Positions 17,743 to 28,940 of a stretch of 64,000 nucleotides of DNA are shown here, one piece after another. The notes below the pieces were generated by a model. It made no database searches. It worked only from the letters and a program-made list of their open reading frames with translations, and was not told the origin of the DNA. A program made the position numbers and the translations under genes. Source of the stretch: an uncultured delta proteobacterium (GTDB taxonomy: Bacteria; Desulfobacterota; Desulfobacteria; Desulfobacterales; B30-G6); the NCBI GenBank assembly GCA_963823335.1, contig CAWGLD010000001.1, positions 384,001 to 448,000 on the forward strand, written 5' to 3'. Position 1 is the first letter of the stretch. Each line of letters begins with the position of its first letter.

Positions 17743-19885
17743 CTATTCTTCGGCGGGAGTTTTTAGTCCCAAATGACCGATGCTCTGGAAGTCACAAGGA
17801 TGATCTGTATTCGAGCCCAGATGGACAAACGGAGCCAGCAGCCCGAAGGGGCCGACCACAAGGGTGCTGAGCAAGGTTGCGCCTTTGGTTAGCAAAGCAG
17901 TTTTGTCGGGGCTCACCTTGGGATCCATTATTGCGCCATTAACACGCAGATTGGTGGAAAAGCTCAAGGTGGGATGGGCGGGTTTTGGCACAAGTAAAAA
18001 ATTTATCTGTTCGGTGTCCAGGTTGATATCGCCTTCACCCGTCAGAATGCCGGCCCGGGTATTGAAAACAAAAGCCTGGCTGGTGGCAACCCCGTTCTTG
18101 ATGTCGAACTGAACAACGGCACATTTAATCTGATTTGCTTCCTTATGGCTTCCCCAGAAATTTAAGACCTTTTGGGAGAGATCCATAGAGAGCCAGTCAA
18201 GATATTTAGTCAGGAACCCCTGCCCCATCACGATACCGATGCCGCCATCAAGATTTGCCATGAGGCTGTGAACAGAATCACCAGCGCTATCCAGATGCGC
18301 TGCGATGTCAACAGTCGCCTGAACGTGATCGTTCCGGCCGGTGTCCTTGAGAAAACTGCCCAGATCGAAATTTTGAACCAGGAATTTGGTGGTGACCCGG
18401 GTCGGTGACCCATGGTTGGCATGAAGGTCTCCTGAAAGCTTTGTTTGCTTATATGTCGCTTCAAACGTCTCAATGTTGAAATCACCGTCCTCGAGTGTAA
18501 CCGTCATGTTGCCGGACTTGAAGTGTGCGTCTTTGGCATGGATGTTCTTGGCTGTTACCACGATATCGGCATCCACCTTTTTGAGCGCCTCTAAAGGCAG
18601 GGGATCATCCGAAAACAGGCGACGTTTTTTCTGATCCGTATTGGCTGTCGTTTCTTTGCCCTGCTCTAAACTTTTCATTAGCGTTGTAAAATCGATCACC
18701 GACGATTCCAGGCGGATGGTGATTTTGGGACGTTCGAGAAACTCAAGTTTGGCCAGACCGGCAAAATCGCTATTGTCTACCGTTGCTGAAACCGCGTTCA
18801 GCAAAATGGTTTTTGTCGAACCCGCAAACTTGCCGCTTATGTCAAAGGGACCCAACCCGGGCAGTTTTGTCCCGAACAGCGGCCCGATTTCGGCCAGTTC
18901 CTCGCCCTTTAGCTGTGACTGCAGGTCCATGCCCTTTAAGGTGAGCAGGTCCTCGACCACACCGTTTACAGCAAAGCGCAGTTCACCGCGTCGTGCGCTG
19001 CCCCTGGCATTCTTCATGCTGAGCACTGCGCTGGAACCACTCAGGTGCCCTTGAATCTCGAATTGATCGGTTGCAGGAAGCTGAATATCCCAAAAAGACC
19101 CGAGGGTCGCAATATTTTTACCATTCAGCTGGGCTGTCACATCGATACCCTGAAGGGTCAGAATATCGTCAATCGCGCCATCAATGTTGATTGCGGTCTT
19201 GGCCAAGGTTCCCGACAACGCTTAGCGGAAAGCGCTGGTGCGCAAATATATTCCGAATGAAGCCGGTTTTACCGGATAACGTGATGGCTTGTCCGTTAAA
19301 GTCAGCCTTGAGTTTAAGCACCAGCCCATCTTCATTCTCATGCCGGTTCATCTCCAGGTTCGCCAGTGTGAACTGGGTTGGAGCCCCTGTCCTATTTTCA
19401 CGATATGTCAGATGCAGGTTCTCGATATTGACCTGGCTTACTCCTATGGCTGCTGGTTTAAATACCCCCATGCGGCCGGTGGAGCCGCTCCCCGCCAGAA
19501 TATCCCAATTTCCCTGGTCTTTGGGACCGGTCTCAAGCAACACCTTGACACCGATAAGACGGAAATACAGTATATCCAAATTCTTAACCAACAACGGCAG
19601 CAGCCGCACCCGCGCCTGCACCTTATCGATTTCGATCATTTGCGGTTGCGAGCCCCAGGAGACGTTGGCAAGCGCCACATCCGTCACCACCAGGGCCGGC
19701 GCAAGTCCGATTTCCAGGGTTACGTCGCCGCCCAGAATTAGTTTGCGGCCTGTTGCATCTTCAACCATTCTAGCAACCAACGGTTTTAGTTTGTTGTAGT
19801 CATAGGTGTTCAGGTAGGCATAGGCGGCCGTTATCAAAATAGCGACCACCAGAACACCGATTGCCAAAATCCATTTCCAACGCAT
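17743..19885 (-). pseudogene. AsmA family protein, one frameshift near 19220 (may be a sequencing error)
   Basis: N-term TM plus YNKLKPLVARMVEDATGRKL; C-term IKCAVVQFDIKNGVA..GEGDINLDTE; split over ORFs 19181-19915 and 17743-19218. Confidence 0.8.
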
Positions 19886-19920
19886 GAAATTCCTTTCACT
19901 CATCCAAAAGGACAACGTAA

Positions 19921-20976
19921 CTATTTATCCCTATCGTGAGATTCAGGTCCAAACTGGCGTGCTGAAAGAATTGGAAAGACACGCACGACCGGCTGGTCGC
20001 CGCGTGCCTTGTGTATGGCGCTTATGAGGTTCTCTTCGAACCCGGGAGGCAGACTCTTCTCGCTCATCAGAATTATGGTAATGCCGGCTTCGGGCTCCAC
20101 GCTGTTTCGTCCCTGGGTAATCAGCTCTACCCCCGGCCATTTGTCGATATATTGCTGCACGGCCTTCCGTACTTGTGGCGCCACCTGATATTCCAATGGC
20201 CGATTCTGGCCGGTACGTCTCCCTTCGATCATGTGAATCACCAGCGGAGCAGTTAAAAAGGCTACCGCGACAAACAGCAATATCGTGACCCTACGCACCC
20301 AAACCGGCATGCCAAAACCATGCAGGGACGTATGCACTTTTAACATTCGGAACACGATGGCAGCACCGAGTATGATAGCGACAAGGTTGGTGATCAGCAA
20401 GATTGAGGCATTAAGGGAGATCAAGGGTTGTCCATGCGTTAGCGCAAGGCCCACAACAGCAAGCGGAGGAACAAGTGCCGCTGCGATGGCAACACCTGCG
20501 AGGGTTGTCATTACATTGAATCTTCCCACAGCATAAGCCGCCGTCATACCGGAAAAGAGTGCTATACCTAGGTCCAGCAAATCAGGCTTGCCACGGGCTT
20601 CGATTTCAAGGGTTGGTTCGAACCCAGGGTATAGCGCTCCAAAAAACAATGAAGCTGTAAAACCTATCCCGAGACCGATAACGGTCGTTACCAGGCTCCT
20701 TCTGAACATGCTCAAATTCCCTTGAACAAGCGCATGACCTGCAGCAACAAGGGGTCCCATTAGCGGTGCTACGAGCATCGCACCGATAACTACGGCAGTT
20801 GAGTCCGCCAGCAATCCCAATGATGCCAGTGAAGTGGATAACACCATCATCATGATGAAGTCTATGTTTGCCTGTGAGTTTTCCTCGAGCTTTTGGACAA
20901 GAGCGAGTCTTTCATCGCGCTCCAAAAATGGAAAAACGTTACGGAGTTTGTTTAACTCTATCTTGCCGAAAGACAT
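19921..20976 (-). CDS. DUF389 family membrane protein
   Basis: DSTAVVIGAMLVAPLMGP, AGVAIAAALVPPL. Confidence 0.88.
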   Translation of the reverse strand: MSFGKIELNKLRNVFPFLERDERLALVQKLEENSQANIDFIMMMVLSTSLASLGLLADSTAVVIGAMLVAPLMGPLVAAGHALVQGNLSMFRRSLVTTVIGLGIGFTASLFFGALYPGFEPTLEIEARGKPDLLDLGIALFSGMTAAYAVGRFNVMTTLAGVAIAAALVPPLAVVGLALTHGQPLISLNASILLITNLVAIILGAAIVFRMLKVHTSLHGFGMPVWVRRVTILLFVAVAFLTAPLVIHMIEGRRTGQNRPLEYQVAPQVRKAVQQYIDKWPGVELITQGRNSVEPEAGITIILMSEKSLPPGFEENLISAIHKARGDQPVVRVFPILSARQFGPESHDRDK

Positions 20977-21008
20977 TTTTTCCACCTCCAAAAACAGTTT
21001 ATCCTATG

Positions 21009-21038
21009 CTTAAAATTTGAAACGCTCATCTTAGGTTA
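21009..21038 (+). repeat. 30-bp inverted repeat, left copy
   Basis: CTTAAAATTTGAAACGCTCATCTTAGGTTA is the exact reverse complement of 22135-22164. Confidence 0.85.
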
Positions 21039-21084
21039 CTATCGAAAATGAACCTGAGCACAGAAAACCAAAACCCAACCCTGA

Positions 21085-21495
21085 TCACTTTTTATTAATG
21101 AAAGCGAACACATCTGTAAAGCCTAAGATATCCGTAACCACCAGAACAATAATGATAACCACTGCGGCACCTACGACGATCCCTACGACACCGCCACCTG
21201 CAGGAGCCGTTTCTATCTGATCGGCCAGACTTACTATTTCCGAATCGGTTAAATTGTCGAGGCGCGCCTTTGCCTCTGTGATATCGATTCCCTGGGATAT
21301 TAGAGAAGCCATTACATCCTCACGTGCCAAAACACTATGGACGTACACACGGGCTTCAAGTGCTCTGCCAGCCTCTATGACTGTCTCTGTTGCAACCATT
21401 TTTGCCAGGACGGTCTGACAAGGTGTAAAAACCGTTATCATGAGAATTGCCAGAAAAAGACTGCCCGGTTTTACTATTCTTCTTATTCTTTTCAT
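21085..21495 (-). CDS. PA2779/DUF6627-like exported protein
   Basis: AKMVATE..LAREDV..QGID..EAKARLDNLTDSE..PAGGG..VVTDILGFTDVF. Confidence 0.8.
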   Translation of the reverse strand: MKRIRRIVKPGSLFLAILMITVFTPCQTVLAKMVATETVIEAGRALEARVYVHSVLAREDVMASLISQGIDITEAKARLDNLTDSEIVSLADQIETAPAGGGVVGIVVGAAVVIIIVLVVTDILGFTDVFAFINKK

Positions 21496-21609
21496 TATTC
21501 GTCTCCTTTTTATAAATAGTTTGATGGAATCGAAAATAGTCAAACCTCTCTAACGCCAACTTGATATTGATGAAAAAGAGGTTGAGAGTTCATCTGGGTC
21601 TGCATTACC

Positions 21610-22098
21610 TCAATCCTTAATGGGGATACCCTGAAAAACAAAAGAGTAGCTAATTCCACTACCCCCATATCCGATGACTATTTCTGCAAGAGGTACATTC
21701 ACCTCTTGAATCGCCTTCCATTTTAAAATATAACAACCGGCCATGCTTGAGGAATCCAAATCTTTACCTTCTACTCTAAAGGTGTGGGATGACAAGGCAT
21801 TTAGTACCACAGGCTCTTTTAGCAAATGCCATTGGGCAGAACCCGTATTGTCATGGTAGACAATCGATTCCACGGTGATTGGATGTAGTAAATCAAGGTT
21901 GCGCACTGTAAGAATATTGGTCAGATAAAATTTTATTTTTTTTTCATCTGCGGACATTATTTTTGGATATACTGATATGTATAAAGTTTCTCCGACAGAC
22001 CGCCGGGGCTCTGCCAATGTCTGCGTTACGAATGAAAAGCACAGAATAAATGACATGAGTATCGTCATACTAATTATTTTAAATTTACTGATTTCCAT
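21610..22098 (-). CDS. DUF3124-like exported protein
   Basis: Signal peptide; GETLYISVY, LTVRNLD..PITV, YHDNTG. Confidence 0.75.
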   Translation of the reverse strand: MEISKFKIISMTILMSFILCFSFVTQTLAEPRRSVGETLYISVYPKIMSADEKKIKFYLTNILTVRNLDLLHPITVESIVYHDNTGSAQWHLLKEPVVLNALSSHTFRVEGKDLDSSSMAGCYILKWKAIQEVNVPLAEIVIGYGGSGISYSFVFQGIPIKD

Positions 22099-22134
22099 TT
22101 TTCCTCCGCACCATCATTTAAAGTTAAGACTCCA

Positions 22135-22229
22135 TAACCTAAGATGAGCGTTTCAAATTTTAAGAATATGGGATTCAAAAATAATTTCAAAGGATTTGAT
22201 TCGTTTGAATTTTTAAAATTTGAAACCCG
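22135..22229. repeat. 30-bp inverted repeat, right copy, continuing into a short element bounded by GTTTCAAATTTTAA...TTAAAATTTGAAAC
   Basis: Direct sequence comparison. Confidence 0.75.
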
Positions 22230-22274
22230 TTGGTATTGCCTGTCTTACTGCATCTACAGCGTCAGATTCCTATC

Positions 22275-24681
22275 TTAGTCATCGTCCGGAGACCTTTTAA
22301 AGGCCGGCTCTTTGGCGTCCATATAACTGATATGAATCTTCTCGATCGTGCCGTTAAATTCGAACGGTGCGCGATCAAAATAGTCCAGCGCTACCGGTGA
22401 GCCCAGGTCCTTGCCCACATCAAAAGTCTCAGAAGCTGTGTGGAGCGCGGGTACTGATCTCTCAACTCTTCCCTGAGCTACCTGTTCACCGTTGACGGAT
22501 AAAGTAACGGTCGCCGGAGCCATACGCTCAGTGGTGTCGTACCTGGTTTCCACTTCGATCCGGACCTTTCCAGTGGCAATAGGTGAACTGGATGCGATCT
22601 TGAAGCGGTTGAGCGTCATGGCATTGTATTCAGCTTTGAGATATCCCCCGTCCATGTAAACGGTGAAACCTGAAGAAATTCCCCCAACAGCAAATAGTAC
22701 TCCGTTGGCCTTTTTACCGATTTCAGCATCGATCACGGCGAGCGTGGAACGACCGCTCACGAATTTCGGGGCCAGAGATTCCGGGATCCGGTCCTGCCCT
22801 TCGTAAAACGACCACTGAGTCAGCGATGAAGAAGGCATCTCACTGGGATGGTAAAAAGCCGTGTAGTAGGACCCCCCAATCGGGTATACAAGGTTTGCCG
22901 TCGCCTCCTGGTCGAATAAGTCCTTCAATTCAGCCAGCTTGGCCGGGTTCTCCTGAGCCAGATCTTTAGCCTGGGAATAGTCGTCGCCGAGGTTGTACAG
23001 CTCCCAAACATCCTTTTCCGGCTCCCAATTCAGCAAGCCGGAAACATCCGTGCTCCAGGGCACCCTGGGGCCAACGGTTCCGGCGAACCAGCCATCGTAA
23101 TAAATGCCACGGCTGCCCATCAGCTCAAAATACTGCAATTTTTTGGTGGTGCTGGCTTCGGGCTGACTGAAGCTGTAGACCATGGAAGCTCCGTCCAGCG
23201 GCTGCTGCGCTACACCGTTCACCACCTCAGGCGGGGTGATCTCCAGGATGTCGTAGATCGTCGCGGCGATATCGTTGACATGATGAAACTGAGCGCGGAC
23301 CTTGCCGTCGGGGTTTATTTTTGCGGGCCATGAGATGACCAGTGGTGTACGGGTACCGCCCATGTAGGCGGCCAGCAGTTTTACACCCTGGAAAGGTGCT
23401 GCTCCTGCAAAGCCCCAACCACCGTGATAGATGACGTCGAGAGTCGGTCCACCCAGCGCGTCCATACCGCCGTATTCGTTGTTAAGGACGTCAATCTGCT
23501 GTTCGATGGTCGAGGGCATCGCATTCTGGGAAAGTAGTTCAGAAATGCTGCCGTTCGTGCCTTCAGCGGTGGGACCATTGTCTGAGAACACATAGAGAAT
23601 CAGGGTGTTGTCCAGCAGACCCTGTTGCTCGAGCTCATCGACGACTTTGCCGTACTGCACGTCAGTGTGCTCAAGGAAACCGGCATATATTTCCATCAGT
23701 CGGGTTTGAAATTCCCGCTGTGAGGCCGGAACGTCATCCCATTTCTGCACACCGTCCGGCAGCGGATTGAGTATGGCATCCTGTGGAATCCATCCCATGG
23801 CCTTCTGCTGTTCAAAAGTCAGTTCACGCAGGGCCTCCCAGCCTTCGTCGAACCGGCCGGCATATTTGTCCGCCCACTCCTTGAAGATATGGTGTGGCCC
23901 ATGCACTGCACCCGGTGTGAAATAGATCAGAAACGGGGTGTCAGGGTCCAGAGTTCTGCTGGTTCGAATCCACTCAATGGCTTTCTCTGCCATATCCTCG
24001 GTCAGGTGATAGGTGGGGTCGTCGTGAGGGGCGGAGATGGGATTGGTGTTCTCAAACAGTACTGGTTCGTACTGAGAGGTTTCGCCGGCAATAAACCCGT
24101 AAAAGTAATCAAATCCCAGGCCCGTGGGATAGCGGTCGAACGGGCCGAGTGTGGTGAGGTTGGTGACTGGCGTATTGTGCCATTTGCCGAATGCGGCGGT
24201 GTTATAGCCGTAGTCCGACAGCACCTGAGGAAAAGTGGCAGTCGATTTAGGAATTTTACCGACATATCCGTCCCAGTCGGAAGCCAGTTCAGCAATCTGC
24301 CCTGCGCCTACCCGGTGGTGATTGCGACCGGTCAGCAAACTGGCGCGCGTGGCCGAGCACTGCGCGGTTGTATGAAAGGCGTTGTAACTGATCCCGGACG
24401 CCGCCAGACGATCCAGCGTTGGCGTCTGAACAGGGCCACCGAACGTGCTGGCATTGGCGAAGCCGGCATCGTCACTCATGAAAATGACAATGTTTGGCGC
24501 ATCCTCAGGCAAGTGACGCTCAGCCTTACGCCACTGGTGCTTGGAACTCGCCAGGGTTTTGCCGGCCACGCTGGCTGAGGGAGGTTCTGGGAAAGGGCAG
24601 AACTTCCTGGGCACTGACCATGCCTGCATAAAAAAACAGCGATACGGCCGCAATTAGGCAAATTAAATAGTGTCTTTTCAT
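22275..24681 (-). pseudogene. arylsulfatase (Cys-type), frameshift near 24590 just after the signal peptide (may be a sequencing error)
   Basis: APNIVIFMSDDAG, CSATRASLLTGR, GKWH, SDNG; signal MKRHYLICL...AQEVLPFP lies in another frame. Confidence 0.88.
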
Positions 24682-24709
24682 TGGTTTTCTCCTTGATTGA
24701 TTGGGCCGG

Positions 24710-25509
24710 TTATTTTTTGTTCTGTTTTGAAAACTGCATGGTTCCTGAATCGTATTTAAGGTCAATGGTGAGATCGCCGTCTTTGAAAAAGTAAATTGCC
24801 GGCAGTGAGTCCACGGACAAACGCATCCTCCAATGTATCTTCAGGGCAGGCAACCATGGTTGAGTGGGTGATCTCTATGGAAAGACGTTTCTCCTTTGTG
24901 AAAGCGGCATAGGTGCCGCCTTTCTGATTGCAATCGGCCTTCACATTAAGCGTGCCGTCTTCCCCAAACTGCACGGTGTAGTTTTCTGGATCGGCGGGCA
25001 CGATCTTTTGATCGTCATTGTAAAGCGTCTGTTTCCACTGCCAGACCGAACCCGCAAGCCCCTGAATTTCCTCTTTCTGTAAACCGGGCCAGAACGTCGC
25101 TGCCATCAAGTAATAGCAACGCTCCGTCCTGGATTTTCCATGTGCGGGTTTTGTCCAAGGATTGGAAGATTTCTGTTTCCAGACGCGTTTGAAGATCCGG
25201 GCAGGCCATCCGGGTTGAACCGAACGGGCCGAACGTCAGTGAAACCCCATCGATTTCATAGCTGCCGAAAAAATTGTTGCACCCGCTAAACCCTGTCACC
25301 TGTTTCTTGACTGCGTCAAATTTGAGAAAAGGCCCTTGTTCACCGGCCAGCGCTGAAACCGGGTTTCCGCTCACCTCCGCCAGCTGCCATTGAATGCCTT
25401 CAATACCCGCAGCATCCGGTGTTGCGACACCTGCCGCCGTCTGGTTAAATGAAACCAAACAGGCTGACAACATTATCGCCCATGCGAAAACAGCGGCTTT
25501 TTGTTTGAT
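24710..25509 (-). pseudogene. tandem META/HslJ-domain protein with two frameshifts
   Basis: GFSGCNNFFGSY..STRMAC and VKADCNQKGG..STMVAC in different frames; C-term DLKYDSGTM in a third; start approximate. Confidence 0.78.
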
Positions 25510-25515
25510 CTCTCC

Positions 25516-26501
25516 CTACCTGTTCCTTTTTCCGCCCTGATTGATTCTGGGCAGGCACCCACAGGGGAATGGATACCGTCAGCCAGCCGGCGTCCCCTTG
25601 GAGACGCGTTTTCTACGTCGAACTCGTGAAAATAACGAAGGCTGACTGAAAGCGGGATCGGGCCACCTGAAATGTCCCGACAAACCCGCACCCAGGGCGG
25701 TGACACGGCCCTTGAAGCTTCCCAGGGCGGCGCCTTGACCGCTATCGTCGGAGATTTGCCGGTAGTGGTAGCCATTTACTCCGGCGGAAAATGCCTTTGT
25801 GAATTGATAAAAAACGGACGCCTCCAGGTGAAACTCGGTGCCTGTCTCGTAATCCGTATCATCGTTTTTCCCGTTGAAGGTAACGCCGGTGGCGCCGGAC
25901 AGCTCGATGTTTTCCTGTGGAAACATCCATGTCCCTGCAACAGTGATATCCCCGGCCCACCGGTTCAAGGCGACATTGGCAAGCCGCCCCTCATCGTAAT
26001 CGCTACCGGCATCGGGTATGTTGACGCTTGCGGCGACAAGGTAATGCTGATTTTCTCCATGCCAGCCCACAAACGCGCTGAAGACCGGATCGCCGGCGGT
26101 CCAGCGGTCATCGTTGAGCTCGACCGAAGCCCTCAATGACAGGAGTGGAATCGCAATCCCGGCTTCGGCGCTCAAGTCCGCTTTACCGTAGACATAGGTT
26201 CCCGAGAAGGCAAGATCACCTCCGAACACGTTGACAGGGGTCACCCAGATGGCTGTCGGCATCACGATGAAAATATCGGCATCGATTCCCAGGTCGGCAG
26301 TACCGTTGAAGGGTAGCTCCTCTGATTTAGAAGCGTCACCGCTGTAGTAATAGCTTGGCGACAAAAACACCCTTCCGGTGGCAGCACCCCGGCACCCTGG
26401 CCGCGCTGGCCCAGCAGGTAGAAACCGCTGCCACCCTCGGCGGCGAACGCCGAGCCGGCAGACAACGCGAGCAACACCGCGCAGACGATGATTTTTTTCA
26501 T
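25516..26501 (-). pseudogene. SphA / phenol-MetA-degradation-type outer membrane transporter, several frameshifts
   Basis: MKKII..AAEGGSGFYLLG..GVLPP; DYDEGRLANV, TDYETGTEFHLE, YRQISDDSG..GSFKGR, EFDVEN; ends approximate. Confidence 0.75.
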
Positions 26502-26602
26502 GGCCTGCTTCTTGCCATTCAAACCCTTCCAGCGTATGGGCATTTTTTTTTGCAGCATCCAAATTCATCGCTTTATTCGTCATGTCTATCTCCTTATGGC
26601 CG

Positions 26603-27447
26603 TTATTTTGGAAAAAGAAACTGCACCTGAAACCGCAGGGTCCAGTCCGGCCCCAGGTCGTCCGGTTTTTCGACATTGTAGTAAGCCTGGACCTGGGTAT
26701 TCACGGGCAATTTGCCGATTCTGAACAGTCTGCCGAATCCCCCGCCAAAAGGCACTGTCCAGGTATTGTCGCTGTCCGCCTCCCAGTTGGCGGTGATGAT
26801 GGGTGACGATGTCAGGTACCAGCCGTTGGGCAGGTTGTAGTTGACAAAATACTGCACGAGCATTTGATTGACATCGTCCCGGTCGCCGTCACCGGCAAAA
26901 GACCAGATATTCTGGCCCAGGATACCGAATACCCAGGGGGCACGCATGGTCAATACCACGGCTGCCGGGCCGGCGCCCATTTTTCGGTTCCAAGTCTTTC
27001 GTCCGAAGCGGTGGGAAACAGGAAAATCGGACCGACGCCCCAGATGAATTTGTCCGGACGGCTCGGCCCCAGGAAAAGCGACTGATTGATATCACCGAGT
27101 CCGAATTTGCTGTCCTGGCCCTTGAAAAACTCCGGCTGGTTGATCAGCGGTACGATGGTGCGTGAAATCAGCAGCCAGTCGTCGTTCAGCTTGAATGGGA
27201 TGACCGGCTGAATGTTGGTCACATTCTGGGTTTTTTCGAGAGGTCCGAAATTGAAGTTGGTGTTGTTCTGAATGGGGAAGCTGATCAGCTCGGCCATGGG
27301 GTTCTGGGCCGCCATTCTCAACTCGTCGGCGTCGGTTTCTCCCTGTTCTACAATGCCGTCCCCCTTGTAGGCCGTCGCAAGGGATGCCGCAAGCAAAACC
27401 AGAAGAAAAATCAGAGCCACAAAAATAGTGTTTTTTCGTGAATGCAT
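26603..27447 (-). pseudogene. outer-membrane beta-barrel ('neuromedin U'-annotated family), frameshift near 26978
   Basis: AQNPMAELISFPIQNN, NIQPVIPF, LGTEKW|GAGPAAVVL, WTLRFQVQFLFPK. Confidence 0.78.
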
Positions 27448-27483
27448 GTTTCCTCCTTTTAAATTTGATGATGTCACCGGTTT

Positions 27484-28308
27484 TTAAAAGCCGACAGTGA
27501 TATAAAATACCGGCCCTGGAAGGTCGACATCGTACGTTTCTTTCTTATGCCCGGGATCATAGTCAATATCTGCGGAAAGATACCTGTATCCTGCCCCGAG
27601 GCCAGCGTATCGAAACGGCCAGTATTCAACAAAGGCGCTACCAAAGTACAATGTTCCTTCCCAATCACCGTAATTCAAGCTCATCCCCCCGCCCCCGGCT
27701 CTTACTAATAACCTGTCCGTTAAACAATAGGCACCCATGACATAAAAATTTGGAAGTGGTGCCAGCAGCTCTTCATTGCCACTGCCCAGATCTGTCTTTA
27801 AATTACCCGCGTAAGCCTTGCCGGATACTTCTAACTTGATGTCGGCAGCATGCACGCCAAACCCCACACCAAACCTGGCCCGCTCGGTACGAATAAAGTT
27901 GTAGGACAGATTGACCACATACAGATCTATGTCAAGACTGGTGTCAAGACGAGCACCGACGGGATAGGTATTACCAGCGAAGTCGAATTCATAATCGGCT
28001 GATCTCTTTCCCTTGTCGTGGTACCCATAGTAATCAAGACGCAGGGTTAATCTTCTTCCAAAATTAATAACTGCCCCTGCGATGGGAATAGACTCAGTTT
28101 CATCCAGACCAAGGTCTTTCATGTCGAGCTTGACATTGCGGCTCCCTTCCTTGGCATAGCCGAATTGTCCATCGGCCTGGTAGAATTGGATGCCACCGTA
28201 AAAAGTAATGCTTTTGTTCAGCACGTTTTTTGAAGCTTTCTCCTGCGCCCATGCGTTCGTAAAACCCAGCCAGCATACAATTAGCATGCAAATGCCTATT
28301 GCTTTCAA
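27484..28308 (-). CDS. putative outer-membrane beta-barrel protein
   Basis: Signal peptide, amphipathic strands, C-terminal YITVGF. Confidence 0.7.
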   Translation of the reverse strand: MKAIGICMLIVCWLGFTNAWAQEKASKNVLNKSITFYGGIQFYQADGQFGYAKEGSRNVKLDMKDLGLDETESIPIAGAVINFGRRLTLRLDYYGYHDKGKRSADYEFDFAGNTYPVGARLDTSLDIDLYVVNLSYNFIRTERARFGVGFGVHAADIKLEVSGKAYAGNLKTDLGSGNEELLAPLPNFYVMGAYCLTDRLLVRAGGGGMSLNYGDWEGTLYFGSAFVEYWPFRYAGLGAGYRYLSADIDYDPGHKKETYDVDLPGPVFYITVGF

Positions 28309-28352
28309 TCCGCTTTCCTCCAGTCGGCAATAAAAAGCCTATTTATTATTTT

Positions 28353-28912
28353 TGGTTCTTCTCCCAATTGTTTGGGAGAAAGGGTTCCAGGAGTCAAGGA
28401 TTCAAGGATCCAAGTGTTTGCTTTCCAGAGACTTGATCAACGCTTTCAACATTCTCTCGACATCCCCGATCTCCCCTTTTAATCCCCCAAGCCTCTCTTT
28501 TTCCATATAACCCAAGTCACCTGATATCATCACTTGGGTTTCCAATTCACAGACTGAACCATATGCAATATAGAGAAATCTTACATACTCTAAGGTCGTC
28601 TTTCTCCCATATCCTTCGGCGATATTCGATGGTATGGAAACAGCAGATCTTCTGATTTGGGAGGTCAAACCATATATTTCGTCTTTTGGAAAACTTTTTG
28701 TGACTTTATAAACATGCAAACAAAGTGTCTATGATTTTTGCCAAACGTTTAACTCTTTATAATTTTTAAGCATATCACTCGAATCCTATAACCCTGGAAC
28801 CCTTGAATCCTTAAATTAGCATTTAGCTGATGCTTCACTTCGTGTCACTTGAACCCTGGACTCCTTGAACCCTTGAATCCTGGTTCTTCTCCAACTGATT
28901 GGGAGAAGAACC
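28353..28912. repeat. cassette flanks: duplicated ~28-nt hairpin and inward-facing 8-mer arrays
   Basis: TGGTTCTTCTCC(C)AA..TTGGGAGAA at 28353-28380 and 28881-28912; AGGGTTCC/AGGATTCA arrays facing GAACCCT/GAATCCT arrays. Confidence 0.7.
28402..28773 (-). pseudogene. four-helix-bundle protein (23S-IVS/Avd-like family) with in-frame TAG at codon 15
   Basis: MLKNYKELNVWQKS*TLCLHVYKVTKSFPKDEIYGLTSQIRRSAVSIPSNIAEG; TAG at 28729-28731. Confidence 0.88.
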
Positions 28913-28940
28913 TTATTTTTTGGCTTTACGATCAACGTCC

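Noticed and set aside
28729-28731. Pyrrolysine readthrough of the in-frame TAG
   Set aside because: Position corresponds to a Tyr-type site one substitution from TAY; no pyl genes in the window; nonsense mutation is simpler
28402-28773. Diversity-generating retroelement (Avd-like gene)
   Set aside because: No reverse transcriptase. The only long diverged repeat pair (lipA 3' end) also differs at non-adenine positions in both copies, unlike a TR/VR pair
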